DNA of 51,013 nt, filler included, from Catajapyx aquilonaris (GCA_000934665.2; 2 parts of 2 records of this genome joined end to end with filler, not necessarily neighbours in it); one strand, 5' to 3'. Shown: positions 1-13,694, counted from the whole stretch's first letter. Notes: generated by a model not told the origin, from the sequence alone. A program made the numbers and translations.

Positions 1-1538
1 AGATATTGAGCACCCATTCCATGGTTCCATGATGGTGCAATTCTATAGGTCTGACACGATACTTCTGAGGAAGTAAAATGAAGACTGGGATGCCCACTCA
101 CAATAAAAGCTGACAGTAAGCAGCAGGGCAAGACACTCTCAAATACTATACAGGACGTGTCTGTAAGATGCCAACAAAATTCGTGCTAACGAAGGCAATG
201 TTATAGCATTTACTTTGGGATGCAATCTGCTTCCCTCTCTCTCGGGACACCGGAAGCAGCACATGAAGCAATGAAACCATCAGGAAATAAGTTGAAGGCA
301 ATGAATGAAGAACATCATCTTATATAGCTTCAATTTGTCTTTTTACTAAGCTATGTTGCTTGAACGATTTTGCAATGTGACAAAAATGTCAGTAGCCTAC
401 AGCTGCAAAGGAAGATTCCGGAAAGATGCGGAAGTGATCATGGTTTCGGACTACCGTAGTTCCAATGTTGAAAAAAACTACTGTCGCAATGCAAGAGTCA
501 AATATCTCTTCCAGTTCTTATTTACAATATTACATTGCGAAGAGCCATGCCCAAAAAATGTCGGCAACGATCAACAGTTACAACAATATTTCTCCCCCTG
601 CATCGTCTCTTCTATCTTACCTCCCACCCCCGAGGCATCCAGCCTTTGCTGGCATTCGCTCTTGTTTGATGGGTTCTTATCATTCAAATGACTCCCCCCC
701 CTTCCCACACTCCTTTTAAATGCATCAATTAGTTAATAATTGCAGCAGCACACAATCAGCACACAAAAGCAAACATAATGCTCCCTAAGTTCAATGATAT
801 CTGATTATATGCAGATTGTAGCCATCAAGCTCGTATGCGCGCATTTAGTGGACACGATGGTTATTTTTCCCCCGGCATGGGCAAGTCAAAAAATGTATTT
901 AAAAAAGGCTTTATCGCTTTTACGGGGTAAGCAAGGTCAGCCCAGCGACCCCCACCTGGTTCCGTAGCCAGCCAACCCCCCAAGCCATGTTGCCGCTGAC
1001 TCGGTTCTGTTATCATGCCGTGTGGGTTGCTTAGGATAGCCAGGATAAAGCTCGTTTGCGGGGGGTATGAAACAATAATATGACGTATATAGTACAGTTC
1101 AAAAAATTGGCAATCATTTGCACTTGTCAAAATGGTCGCAATTTTGCAACATTTCTAGCATCTATGGTCATTAAAAATGTGAAAACATTTCAAATTTTCA
1201 AATTTGGATTGAGTGAAAAATAAGAAACAGCAGGAACCAGAAAAAATAGTAATGCACCAGTAAAGCTGGTGATTATACCTGTCAGCTGTGTCTTCTGCTC
1301 CTTGGTTCACCTGTTTAGCCCTTAATGCTTAATGGGTGCTTTGCTGGTGCTTTTATTTTCACCAAGGCTTTCTGACCACCCGATTGACACCCACTACGTT
1401 CGTTTCATGCAATACATGATTTGTATCTTGGTAACTGCTCCTTCCCCATACAAAAGCTCTCTCACAATCGTCAAGGAATGGTCATAATGTATTCCTTCTT
1501 CTTCTTTGGTGGCTAAATATTTTTCTTTACATCTTTAG

Positions 1539-3985
1539 GCGGGTTCTAGTAGTTGGATCTTAAAGGCTGAGGTGCTGCAGGATGTAGTCATCACCTTGCA
1601 AGAGGATCCTGTAGTAGTGAAGGAATGGGCCAAGAAGTTGGAACTGCACAACTTGGTTATGACGGTGACCGAGATGGAAGATCAGGCACTTAATTGCCTG
1701 CAGAAAGCAGTGATACAGGCAGTCAATCAGAATGAAGGGAAGGAAGTTCTGTCAGAAGCATACTTGCAGGTGGCTAGGTTCTGTCACAAGAAGATAAGTC
1801 AGCCTGGAATGGATAGTCTTCTAGTGAAGAACCTGTTGCAGGCCATCAAAGAGGGATCTTCCAAAGCACAGAAGCTATTCCCTTGGCTGCTCAGGCTCAT
1901 GGAGGAACGTCCTGGGTGCCACAAGCACTTCATCAATGAGGTGGGTTGACATTCTGGCACGGACTGGGGAATCTTGGATTGGATTTTTTACAGACCCTTT
2001 TGAATTTGTGTTTCAGTGTGCACAGGTCCCTGCATCCCTACTAGTGTGTTGGGTGGACCAGTTGCTGTCCAATCTGGAAGGTCCACTGATGGTTCCTTTG
2101 CAGCCCTTAATACTTCGCCTTGCTGAGGAGCAGCCATGGTTCCTAATGTTTCCCTTTCATTTGATGAAACATCTGGACAAGTGGAGGGTGGGAAATGAGG
2201 TAATGATGGTTCTGAGACAACGTCTAGGCCACATTCTTGATCATCCCCTGGCTGAAAAGTTTGTGCAAGCCCTGACATTTGTTGCACATCCAGCAACGTT
2301 ACTTTTGGAGATGATATCTGGCCTAGAGGCTCTGGTCAGATCAGAGGACGTTTCCTGGGAGAAGTTCAGGGCTAAGTGCCAGCAAGCACAGGAAATTTTC
2401 TTTGGCGAGAACAAACGAGTTTTCAGGGTAAGTGCCGCAGTTGGCTAATTTTAAATTTTGACTTGAAATCAATCAAAATAATTATCTCCTGCCCATGCAT
2501 AAAAAACCCTTCTCTATTAGATAAATTAATAATAATAATTAACTAATTGTGGAGGAGGACAACACATTTATGCTAGTGTGCTGTCAAAGCGATTGGGAAA
2601 TTCATACACTTCATAAATTAATTGCATTCCCACAGGGCCGTGCCTTCGACGAACTCATCCAGTACTTGGAGCTTCGCTTCTCTGAACTCCTGGATTCTCT
2701 CTCCTCCATGAAAAATGTGAATGAAATTCAGTCTGTGTGTTCACAACTTAAAGAAGGGGCTAAGTCAGCCCTACAGAAAATGAAAGGTGGATGGACCAAA
2801 TTGGAATCATACTCCCCATGGCTGGCTCACTTCCACTGGGAAGGAGCTGTAGGAGATTGGAGGCAAGAGTTATGTTTACCTGGTATCACTAGTGGTGGAC
2901 CAGGAACGAAACATACTCACCTGCTCTCCTTTCTTCCTACTGTTGCTGCACAACAGTCCAAGACTAGACCTGTACGAGTTGGGATCCTGGGTAGCGATGC
3001 ACGTACACATCTGGTGCTAGTGAAAGGTGGTGAGGATTTGCGACAAGATCAACGATTACAGACATTTTTCCAAATGTTCAGTCATGAATCTAGAGTCCGG
3101 ACTTATGCAGTACTTCCATTATCCGGGCGTTTAGGTTTGATTGGGTGGGTCAAGTCCTGTAAGGATCTGCGCATGCTCACATATTCTCGTGATAATGAGT
3201 GCCTTGAACAACAGCTGTGGAAAGTGCACCAGAATTGGTCAGCTAAAGGTGTGTTGAAAAGAAGTAGGCAGGAAGCAGAGGACCACTTTCATAGCCTGAA
3301 AAGAAAACTTCCAAGCTCCCTCTTGAAAGATGCATTCTTTCTCCTGTCACGTTCACCAGAAGGGTTTTTTGCCATGAGAACTGCATTTGCTAAGTCATAT
3401 GGTGCAATGTGTGCAATGCACTGGATTGCAGGTGTTGGTGACAGGCATCCTAGCAACACGCTAATTTGTTGCTATACTGGCGAAGCAGTTGGAATTGATT
3501 TTGGGCATGCTTTTGGAACAGCATTGCGGCTCATAATTCCTGAGCTGGTTCCAATAAGAATGACACCTCAGCTGGAATGCCTTCTTGGTTGTGGAGCCAA
3601 AGCCCAGTTCTGGGCAACCATGTCATCTACTCTTCGAACCACAAGAGCATCAAAAGAAGAGGTGGAGGCCACCTTAGGCATATTTGCTAAAGAGCCATCT
3701 TTAGACTGGAGCAGTATAGGAGAGTGGTGTCCAGACATGGTCTTGGACATAGTCAGTTCAAAATTGGATGGAGCCAATCCTAGTTGGGTCATGCAAAAGG
3801 AGTTGAGAGCCAGATGGGCAGAAGATGTAGCGGAAATGGTCAGAGGTCAGGGAGGTAAGGATTCCAGGGCAGGATTGCCAGATCATGGGTTGAGCCCAGA
3901 GAAGCAGGCCAATTGTATTATTGAGCAGGCAACTGATCCTAATCTTCTGGCAAGGGCATATGTTGGATGGCAACCCTGGGCATAA
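1539..3985 (+). CDS. PRKDC: DNA-dependent protein kinase catalytic subunit, 3' part (end of FAT, kinase, FATC); exons ~1539-1940, 2017-2427, 2636-3985; 5' exons not found in window
   Basis: PIKK motifs VKGGEDLRQDQR, GVGDRHPSN, IDFGHAFG, PELVPIRMT and C-terminal FATC ATDPNLLARAYVGWQPWA, typical of DNA-PKcs. Phase-0 GT-AG introns join the three ORFs in frame; AATAAA at ~4095. Confidence 0.9.
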
Positions 3986-6721
3986 GGACTTGGAATAAGA
4001 TAGTGTCTGGTTCATTTCATTCTTCATCCTTGGATTTATGAATGAACATTTTGCTGTGGGCAGCTTCAGACATGAACATTGATAAACTAATATTAATAAA
4101 AAATTGGGGAAGAGGATTGGAAGTCAATCATTCCTGATGTTATTTCCCAATTTAATGTATGTCACCAGTGGTTGATTAAAAAAGATATAGCAGCTGAATT
4201 CACTCCAGTACTGGAGCACCATGTAGAGGAAAAGTGAAATTCATGTGACACCAAATAACTCACATTAAAGCCCAGACACACAGGCTGTCAATGGTTTTGG
4301 TCTTTGGTTGCTGTGACGCTGCGGACCAATCATGACTCATGTAGACAAACTGTAAACAATGTGTTGCGCTTGTTTACCCGAGTCACGATTGGTCCGCTGC
4401 GTCCACCCAACCAAAGACCAAACCTGTCGACGGCCTATGTGTATGAGCCTTTATTCACTTATGAGTTCTGGTGTATGCATTTTTCTGTGCAACGTAAGTC
4501 GTCACAGCTCTCGTGTTTATATTGTTGCATATTTCATAAGCCTACAGTGTGCAAAACGAAACAGCGATCTGACGGAAATACCCTCACCGAACAATAATAG
4601 TAAACAGTAGCAACAAAAAGCAACAATGTAAGAAGCGATGACATCAGATCGTCGTTTGGTTTTCCGCACTTTATGATAATTTAATAAACACATTTGAGCA
4701 CTCTTGTGGTGTCAACAACTTACCTTAGTTTTCCAGCAAACACTTCTTCGGCACAGTGGCAGCTGAATGAAAGGCCAATGGAGCCGTATCTTTATTATAT
4801 GGGTGATTCTCCAAAAACTTACCAATACCATGTCCCGGCATAATAACTCAAAAATGGCTTGACTGAGAGAGTTGATTTTTTAAACATTTGTAGAAGCAGT
4901 TGACAGCTAGCCATCCCCATAAAAACAAAGAAAAATCCCTATATAGCTGAAAGTTGTACATATATATTATGTCACGCCTAATTGAGCCACTTCCCGGGTA
5001 CGGAGAGCGCTCAAATTTCGCACATGGGAACCACTGCACTAAACTTTGTCTCCCCAGTTTTGGGCTATTACTTATGCCTGCTCTATTGGACCATCGGCCA
5101 TAAGACGGGCAATACATTGAGTGTGGGTCAACCCCTTCCTCAAGGGGTTAACCCCTCTACCCTGCACTCGACTGTAAAGTGTCCACTGGAGTAGCAAATT
5201 CAAGGAGTGCCAAGGAGTACCAAAAAGTAAAATACGGAGTACCTGGGAGTACCACTGCAAGTGTACACCAGAGTACCGAATTGGGTAACCCCTTGCCCTT
5301 CCTCTTCCATGATATTTTAAAACTGAACAGTGAACAGTGAACAAAACTTGAGTGCACCTATATACAAATCATGAGTCGCAATCTTCTTGGCCCCCCTGCA
5401 AGCCGTCTCTTCGTTTTCCAACCAGAAATCTGTAGTTTCCTTTCCTCACCAATATCTTCAAAGCCATGGTCAGGTAGCAATTTCAGCAATTATGAGACAC
5501 AGTATGGACGTATATGGTGTAGGGCAGTGATTTCCGTTATGAACATAGATTTTCCGCTCTGAAGGGAGACGGAAATCCTTTCCACGTTATGCAGGTTCCG
5601 CTATATCCGTCATGTGCATATGCCTGTTCCCCGCAGAAAAGTTTCCGCAATGGATAGGTTCCCCCTATGACCAGGGTCAGCAATGGGCAAGTTTTACTGT
5701 AAGTGTACTGATTGGATGTATGTCAGGTTTTTAATTTGTGTCTGGCAAGTCTACTTCCAAATGCAAATTCCATGCAATTTCCCCCCCCCCCCNCCCCCCT
5801 TACTGGATAAATTACGGCACATTTAAAAGTGCCTTCAAAATTGGCGGGAAAAACGGGGCAGCCGGGTGGTGCCAATCGAAAGGGTAGGCCTACACTGATG
5901 AAATGCCTGGTTGACTGCGAGATATGAGGAATTTGACTTTGAATTAACCGCGGACACGACGGAAAGCATTCGCAAGGCGGCTGTAGGCCATCGAGGTGGA
6001 GAAATAAAGGGGCCTTCATGTGCCGAATTCGGGTGACAGATAATTCCTACCAGTTGGCACCACTGTCAGCCCAGAAGCGGCTTGAGCGGCCTGGAATAAA
6101 TACGCGCCCCGGCCGCTATCTTGCTCACGGAATGGGACGGTTGCTAACAACAGCGAAGCATTTTACAACAATGACGGGGCGCGTTCTATAACACCATTTT
6201 TGCGTTCATTTCACTTCGCGTGACGTCAACATTTTCTAGGGAAACAGTGACGTCACCATTTCCCTACATAAAAACCCCAATTACTCCGGAACTGAAACTG
6301 ATATCTTAAAACGGAATATGCCAAAAAAATCTAAAAAATATGGGCGAATTTATTAAGTAGTTTCCAAAATGGAGGCTACTTCCCCATTATGTACAAATAT
6401 TTTGGGCTTTATATTAATAGGGATGCTGATGCATAGCGTATGGTATATCTACTACATCACAGATAAAAATCCATTCATTTGAGTGGCATGGCATATTTTC
6501 TCTCTGGAAGACGGCGGCAATTTTTGTTACATTGCTCCAACATCGAAGAACAGTGACAAAACAATTTACCAGAAAATTCCAAAATGTATTTCATATTCAA
6601 CAATGCATTTCTTCTTTTTTTCCAACGTTACAATCGCGTAGAGTAGAGCCTTATCAGTGGTGTAACTATGTGTAGTCAGACACATCCAATCAGTGCAGGA
6701 TTTCTCTTCAGGTGGGGACAT

Positions 6722-7598
6722 TTATTTACACTTTCCAGATCTGCACATCAGCTGTAAAAAGGCAAGAAAAGCGGTTACATCTCTCGTCACTTCAATCGCC
6801 GTTCAGCACTTACGTTGAACATCTTGGGAACGAGTTTGGTGAAAGATGTCTCGACCCATGCTGCTGCCCCTGCGCTGCACTTCCCTGCCCATGTCTTGAC
6901 GCAGGCCATGAAATCCTTGATGGGACTGCGGACGCAAACATTGTTGTAGAACCCACCTGACGTACCATATGCACCTACTCCATTTACCAGCAAATCTTGA
7001 CGAACTCGAAATTAACCATGTTGGCCTTGAGTGCGTCGATAACACCGCCTGCGCAGTCCAGGGCCTTAGGAAACTCGTCGTTAAAGCACTGGGAGTTGGT
7101 CAGGTACTCTAAAAGCAGAAGAAGCGTTAAGAAAGTCATTGGCATGGTCCAGGTCGAGCCATACTAGATTGGTAGTCTCCTGCAGCGCAGATCATGTCCA
7201 TGAAGGTGTCGTAGCTCTTGCTTACCATGGGCCTGACGGCTCCTGGCATGCACTCCTTTGTGATATCCAGCAGCTCGTTTCGGAATCCTGCAGGGTCCCT
7301 GCAAGAATCATCGCCTTTTGGTATAGTTTACTGATCGAAAAGTTCCCAAAAACCGAGTTGAGGCAAACGTACTTGCAGCCGTTGCCCAGTTCTGTTTGGC
7401 TGAGAGGGATGTTGGAGGTCAGGACGAACTTTGCCTTGATGGTGGAAAGGAGTTTGTCCTTTAGTAGCAAGGGTTGGCACTCGGCGCGACACATGGTTAC
7501 CGCTCCTGAGGGGAACAGTAGTCAACGCATGTCATGCAATTTGCGGGTGAGAGGCATTGCTTACCTGCCAGTAAGAGGAATGTTCGCAGGGAGATCAT
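6722..7598 (-). CDS. Secreted cysteine-rich protein, paralog A (187 aa; exons 7598-7565, 7505-7373, 7298-7165, 7108-6988, 6925-6814, 6751-6722)
   Basis: Manual splicing with five GT-AG introns gives an uninterrupted ORF MISLRTFLLLAGAVTMCRA-ECQPLL...KYLTNSQCF...KICCPIKDFMACV...LMCRSGKCK*. It has a hydrophobic signal peptide and 12 Cys in the mature part, and the exon structure is conserved in the paralog at 12.2-13.1 kb. Confidence 0.85.
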
Positions 7599-7943
7599 GA
7601 TGTTTCGAGTTCGTTTAATCTGGAGAAAAACACTTCGTTACGATACACCACGTTACTAGCATGCACGTCTTACTCAATAGCGTAGTTCGCATTTTTCATG
7701 CCGAGTTATCGAGTTGTGAACATTTGTGGGCAAAAATCGCGATTAATATTTAGTTTTGGAAATTGCTACTTGCAGGGCGCAAGGTTTTGGCGGGACTTTG
7801 TGGTTGGAAAAGTAGTTGCCAAGGTAGCCCTAGCATGAATTGCACTGATCTTATATTTCAGAGAAATGTGCAATATGCGTAACAGTTTCTTTGCACAGTA
7901 TGAATATTAAACGCATATGTTGGATTCAACCCTTAACGCTTAA

Positions 7944-8371
7944 CCCCTTCGCTACCAGATAGGCCCGAACCACGTAGATTTTGGCGTACGCGTACTCAGA
8001 AGATACGGACAATATATTTTACAAATAATAACAGCTTACCCGATCAGTACGACGATTTCAGCAAATTTGTCTGGCATGATTCTCAAGGTTGTTATTTAGC
8101 ATATTTTCATGCATTTCATAATTAAATCACCCTAAGAGTTGGTCGGCAGTACGCCAGTACTCTAATTTCGAGTTTTTATGGCCATTTTGGAAATTTAATT
8201 TAGTGTCTTCTAGACGAGTAAAATTGTTCCAGACACATTCATAGTGTTTTCCCTGATCAGGTAAGCTATATTTATTACAGCTGTTAAAATTTGTAAAATA
8301 TCTTGCGAGTAACTTCAGAGTACGCGTAAGCCAAAATCTATGTGGTTCGGGCGTATCGGGTAAGGAAGGGG
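7944..8371. mobile_element. piggyBac-type MITE (CCCC...GGGG ends, TTAA flanks)
   Basis: TTAA|CCCCTTCGCTACCAGATAGGCCCGAACCAC...GTGGTTCGGGCGTATCGGGTAAGGAAGGGG|TTAA. Absent at the paralogous site (~13530) and related to the element at 19064-19750. Confidence 0.8.
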
Positions 8372-9297
8372 TTAATGATGTATAGTGGTCTTAAATGGAA
8401 TGTTGAGGGAAATTAGAAACCGTGCGTTTGCTGTGTAGGGCATTTTGCAGCAGTGAATAGACTATAGAGGATTGCATTCGGCAGCGAACTGAGTGTAGTA
8501 AAACAACAATATTTGAGAGTATCATGTTGGCTCTGTCACGGTATTAAAAGCATCAAATAATATTTCAAATACGTTTTCCCAACACGATAAGAAAAAATAA
8601 ACTCACTTTTGAGTAAGATGGTAGTGCCAACTGCTTCAATAAATAGAAATTACCAATACCAAGTCACGTTACTGGTTTCAATCAATAACATGATCTCACT
8701 CTCACTTACTTACTCGAAGACAGGAAGAGCTGTGCGACAGTGACACCGGACAATCTTCGACACACAGGAAAGATTGTCACATTTTTAATATGCCGATCAT
8801 AAACATACCCAATCGCTCAAAGTTCAATTTAACACGCAAGTACGTATATAGCCAATTGAATACTATGAACCGGCCGATAACACCAGTTTCTGTTAAGGTA
8901 TCAGAAATTTTACAATTGCAACTTAAATCTTTACAAGCCGAATCTGTCTCCTCTTGACGCGTGCAAGACAGTATAAAAAATAACAATGAATATCATTAAA
9001 GCAAGTTGGAGGCAGATATATCGGCTAGTCATTAAATTTTAATGCGCTTTGGTATCATCAAAGATTTCCAATCAAAGTATTCATTCCATCCTATATTTTT
9101 CTACTCATAATAGTGCTTTAAAGAGTCATCATGCCTTTGTATTCAATGTCCTTTAAAATGTATTATGGGCATTTCATGTGGTACGCGTATAGCTTGTGAC
9201 CTGTTATTTGTAACCCCAAGTTTACAACATACGGTAATGCATTATTTCATTCAATATTTTATTGTCACTGATTGTGTAATATCTCCGGCTACACAGT

Positions 9298-9976
9298 AGT
9301 TCAGTATACAATTTTGCAGTCACAGAATGCTGATCATAAAAATTAGAATAACTGGGACAATCTTGTAGGTAACCTATACCTTATGGTATAGCTGTTCCCT
9401 CATTCAAATTATTATTGCAGCCTGATCAAAATACAGTATTTGACCAGATTACGTTCAAATAATATTACTTATTTAAATTTTTTAATTTAATTTAATTCAT
9501 TAAATTCATGGGGAGTAACTGCGAAGATTATGCAGGGGTAATATTATTTGAACGTAATCTGGTCAAATACTGTATTTTGAGCAGGCTGCAATAATAAATG
9601 ATAACGAAGAGCTCCCTTCCAAAATGACCTAAGTCACTTTTAGTGTTTTTTCAGGACAGAGGGAAAACCTCTCTTTGACTAAGGTTGTTTAGGCGCGAAA
9701 GCCAAACTTGGGGACGGTTTTCCCATATGACAAAGGTTGTTTTGGCACAAAATGACATTGCTGGCAGCTGCGCGGCAGCATGAAGGGTGCATTCGTGTGG
9801 CTAACTCAAAATCTGCAAAAAATGACTCAGGTTGTTTTGGAAGGGAGCTCTATTACAATCATTTGAATGAGGGAACAGCTAATTTATACCATAAGGTAGG
9901 TTACCTACAAGATTGTCCCAATTATTCTAATTTTTATGATCAGCATTCTGTGACTGCAAAATTGTATATTGAACTC
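9298..9976. mobile_element. Foldback MITE with a second hairpin MITE (~9410-9597) nested in its left arm
   Basis: 9298-9410 is the reverse complement of ~9858-9976. Inner arms GAGCTCCCTTCCAAAA / TTTTGGAAGGGAGCTC; separate inverted repeat ATTATTGCAGCCTG... / ...CAGGCTGCAATAAT. Confidence 0.7.
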
Positions 9977-11647
9977 TCGTTGAGATCAGATGTAACCTAT
10001 CACTTAGTTAGGTGCCCAGCCCCGGGCGCGGGGTTGGTTGGGGCAGCTGATCAGAATTATTTGAAGTAAGAAAATGTCATTAACGCGCTAGTTTTGCTGC
10101 ATTCTTTTTGTATGTAACGTGGGAGTTTCCGGAACAATGCAATGTTTAGTTTCGGTTCTTCAGTGGTGTTTCTACCACAAGTTTTGTGCTGTAATGTAAA
10201 TTAGGGTGAATTGTGAACACCGTTGCGTGTGTGGCGCGATTCCACTTGGTCCCGACTTGGTCCAGATGGCATGCTGCCTATCACCGATACTCGGGTGTCC
10301 AGTCAACCCTTTGGAGGAGGAGGACCGGACAACATGACAGATCCAGCAGAAGGCCAGAAGCCATCCCGACAGCCTCGGTGCCCATCTGATGGAAGCTTGC
10401 CATCGTCAAACAAGCGTGAGTGGGCCCAGAGCAGGGAAATGTGTCGCACACACTCACAGCAGAATTTGTAAGCGTTTGTAATATTTTGGGATTTCAATAA
10501 TATTGTGCGTGCTTTTTAACTTACATGGTCCGAATAGTCATTCCATACATTTTCTTTCGTTCCACAACAACTTACGGGTGTTCCCCGGAGCCCGGATAAC
10601 CGGGATAATCCGGAGGGGCCCTGTCAGTACCGTACTATGATAAACTCCCAAGGGTCCATACTTTACAGGACACCCTGTACTGAGGAAACATGTTTACATA
10701 AACGATCACGTGGTCAGCAAATGACCTTTTGGCATATATGACTCAACTTAGCGGAAACAGGAGGGATTCTGGGGGGTGCTATGGTAGTTGAGTCACCATC
10801 CAAGTTGAAGAGTTGCTATTAGCAACTCTTCAAGCGGCCGTGGTGAAGTGGTAATGCAAAACCTACTGTTTCTATGGATTTATTACTAGTGTCAGTAGTG
10901 TTTATACAGCTCAAAAGTTTTTAAAAAATGGATGTGAGTTCTATGGGACAGATCAAAGAGCTTAAGGGGGCGCATGAGTAAAAATACGGTAGGCGCATTT
11001 TTGAGGGAATTTTATTTTTTGTGGCGAAACGGACGGTTAATCGGGAAAATCACGCCGAAGGTGCCCTGCGGAAAGGTTTGGCCTTTACTATGGTACCATG
11101 CTCGATATGATTGCATTAAAATTGTGGACATACGGGCGCCGATGCGTTCCCGAATTTGTCGCGTTCCTGCCGCCATGTTATTCAAATGGGCTTTTCGGGA
11201 ACTCCATTTTCCTTTCACTTCAACTCGATGAAAAGGTCACTTCTAGGCCGAAAATGGTAAAATGACGCCGAAGGTGCCCTGCGCCAGATCATGTCCTATT
11301 TTTTGGTGTAATTTTTGTGTCCATTGCTCAATTTTTGCGGCCGCACGGCCGCAGAAGCGTAGACATGTCGAATCCCCATATGCTGTCCATGCATACGCGA
11401 GTTTGTTTACGTGGTCGCCAAGGGCTCGCATTGTTACCGATTGTTACCGTTTTTTTTTAACTCGCCGACAGTGAGCAATGAAATGAAGAGCTCATGCACC
11501 CATTGCGCATGCGCAGAACGCAGCCACCACGTCTCCACCGCAGACCACAGGCCTAGAAAACGCGAGAGAAGCGTTTTCGAGGCCTGCGCCATAGGAAAAT
11601 GGAGCGAAGCTATAGGATGTTTCTATAGTAGAATGAAACGATTCCAA

Positions 11648-11899
11648 CTAGCAGGATACCCGTTATTCGTACGGGGCATCGTACGGGGATTGATAAATGC
11701 CAAAAGTTGCTATGGTAACCCTGTTACTATCGTAACCTGTTGGCATATAGCGTGGGCATTTGCTGTGGAAATCCGTTGGTATCGTGAGGGTCGGGGGTTA
11801 TACTGTATAAAGGCGATAAGGGAAAGGGGTGGTAAGATGGTAAGGGGTGAGGGGGGGGGGGGGCTGGACAAACAAACTAAGTTTGCCTTATATATAAGA
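11648..11899 (-). mobile_element. Non-autonomous Helitron-like element
   Basis: On the minus strand it starts TC (A|TCTTATATATAAG) and ends CTAG|T, with a subterminal hairpin (CCCGT...ACGGG). The same terminus CTAGCAGGATACCCG recurs at 25339. Confidence 0.65.
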
Positions 11900-12211
11900 T
11901 AAGATGATACAATATAATGCATTTATTCATTTTTTTAACGTTACAATCGCGTATAGTAGAGTCATAACCATGGTGAAACTATGTGTAGAGTCATATCCCA
12001 TTAGTGCTCAAATGTACCGCCACAAAGAAGTGCATGCAACCATGGAAGAACAAGGGATAGAAGGCAGCACTCAAGTGATTCGTCATTCTGAATGAGCAAT
12101 GTAACGATCAATTATAAATTGTGGCGACTAATCTACGGTGTTAGTTGAGACAGCATTTCTCTTCAGGTAGGGGCAGTTATTTACAACTTCACCACGTTTC
12201 CAACTTCACGT

Positions 12212-13086
12212 TTATTTACAACCAGATCTGCACATCAGCTGTAAAAAGAAAATAAAAGCGGTTACATCTCTCGTCATTTCCATCGCCCTTCAGCACTTAC
12301 GTTAAACATCTTGGGAATCAGTTTGGTGAAAGATGTCTCGATAAATTGTCCTGCCCCTGCGCTGCACTTCTCTCCCCAGGTCTTGATGCAGGCCATGAAA
12401 TCCTTGATGGGACTGTGGAGGCAAACATTGTTTAGAACCCACCTGCACCCCACTATCTGCACCTACACTACTTACCAGCACATCTTGACGAACTCGAAAT
12501 TGGCCAGATTGGCCTTGAGTGCGATGGCAACACCCTCGGCGCATTTCATGGCACCGTCAACCCCGTCGTTAAAGCACTGGGCGTTGGAAATGTACTCTGG
12601 AAGCAGAAGAAGCGTTACGAAGGTACTTGGTACAGTCCAAGCCGAGCCCTACTTGATTGGTAGTCTCCTGCAGCGCAGATCATTTCCATGAAGGTGTCGT
12701 AGCTCTTGATTGCCATGGGCTTGACGGCTGCTGGTGTGCATTCCTTTCCTATATCCAAGAGCTTGTCTCGGAAAACTGCAGGGGCCCTATAAGAATCGCC
12801 GCCTTTTGGTATAGTTTACTGATCGAAAAGTGTCCAAAAATCGAGTTGTGGCAAACTTACTTGCAGCCGTTGCCCAGTTCTGCAGCGGTGAGAGGGATGA
12901 TGGAGGAAAGGGCGAACGTGTCCTTGACGAGCGCGAGACCTTGGTCCCTCACCTTTATGAAGTCGCACTCGGCGCGACACATGGTTACCACTCCTGAGGG
13001 GAACAGTAGTCAACACATGTCATGCAATTTGGGGGTGAGAGACATTGCTTACCTGCCAGTAAGAGGAATGTTCGCAGGGAGATCAT
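12212..13086 (-). CDS. Secreted cysteine-rich protein, paralog B (~186 aa, 6 exons)
   Basis: Same five introns and phases as paralog A. ORF MISLRTFLLLAGVVTMCRA-ECDFIKVRDQ...KYISNAQCF...KMCCPIKDFMACI...LMCRSGCK*, with all 12 mature Cys conserved. Confidence 0.85.
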
Positions 13087-13694
13087 GATGTTTCGAGTTC
13101 GTTTAATCTGGAGAAAAACACTTCGTTATGATTAGCTGGACTTAACACCACGTAATTATTACTGGACGTTACTGGCATGCACGTTTACTCAACAGTGTAG
13201 TTTACATTTTTCATGTCGAATTATCGAGTTGTGAATATTCGCGGACAAAAATAATAGCATAATTGGCATGATACGAGGTAAGTACATGTCCATTTTCATC
13301 GGGAACCATACCATAGTTAAAAAGGTATTGAGAAATGTTTGGGTTTCCATTCTGGAGAATCACCCTGTATAATTATAGCATAATTAAGGGTCCCACCCTC
13401 TCTGGCCGCTCTAATTGTTGAACGTTGAGAGTTAAAACTATTGGTAACTACTTCTTAGGCAATGAGTCAACACGGACATATAAGCAGACAGACAGAATAA
13501 GGGAATTAGTAGTATGATGTTGAATTCAACCCTTAATGTATAGTGGTCTTAAATTGAATGTTAAGGGAAATTATAAACCTTGCGTTTGTTGTGTAGGGCA
13601 ATTTTCAGCAATGAATAAGAGGATTGAGTTCAGCAGCGAACTTACTGCAGTAAAACAACAATACAATATTTGAGAGTATCATGTGGCTCTCTCA

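Noticed and set aside
353..1130. ORFs upstream of the first identified DNA-PKcs exon
   Set aside because: No recognisable protein similarity or consistent splice phase; treated as intronic.
5190..5280. Short GAGTACC repeats as a CRISPR-like array
   Set aside because: Irregular 7-bp motifs with no constant repeat/spacer lengths, in a eukaryotic context; more likely TE subterminal repeats.
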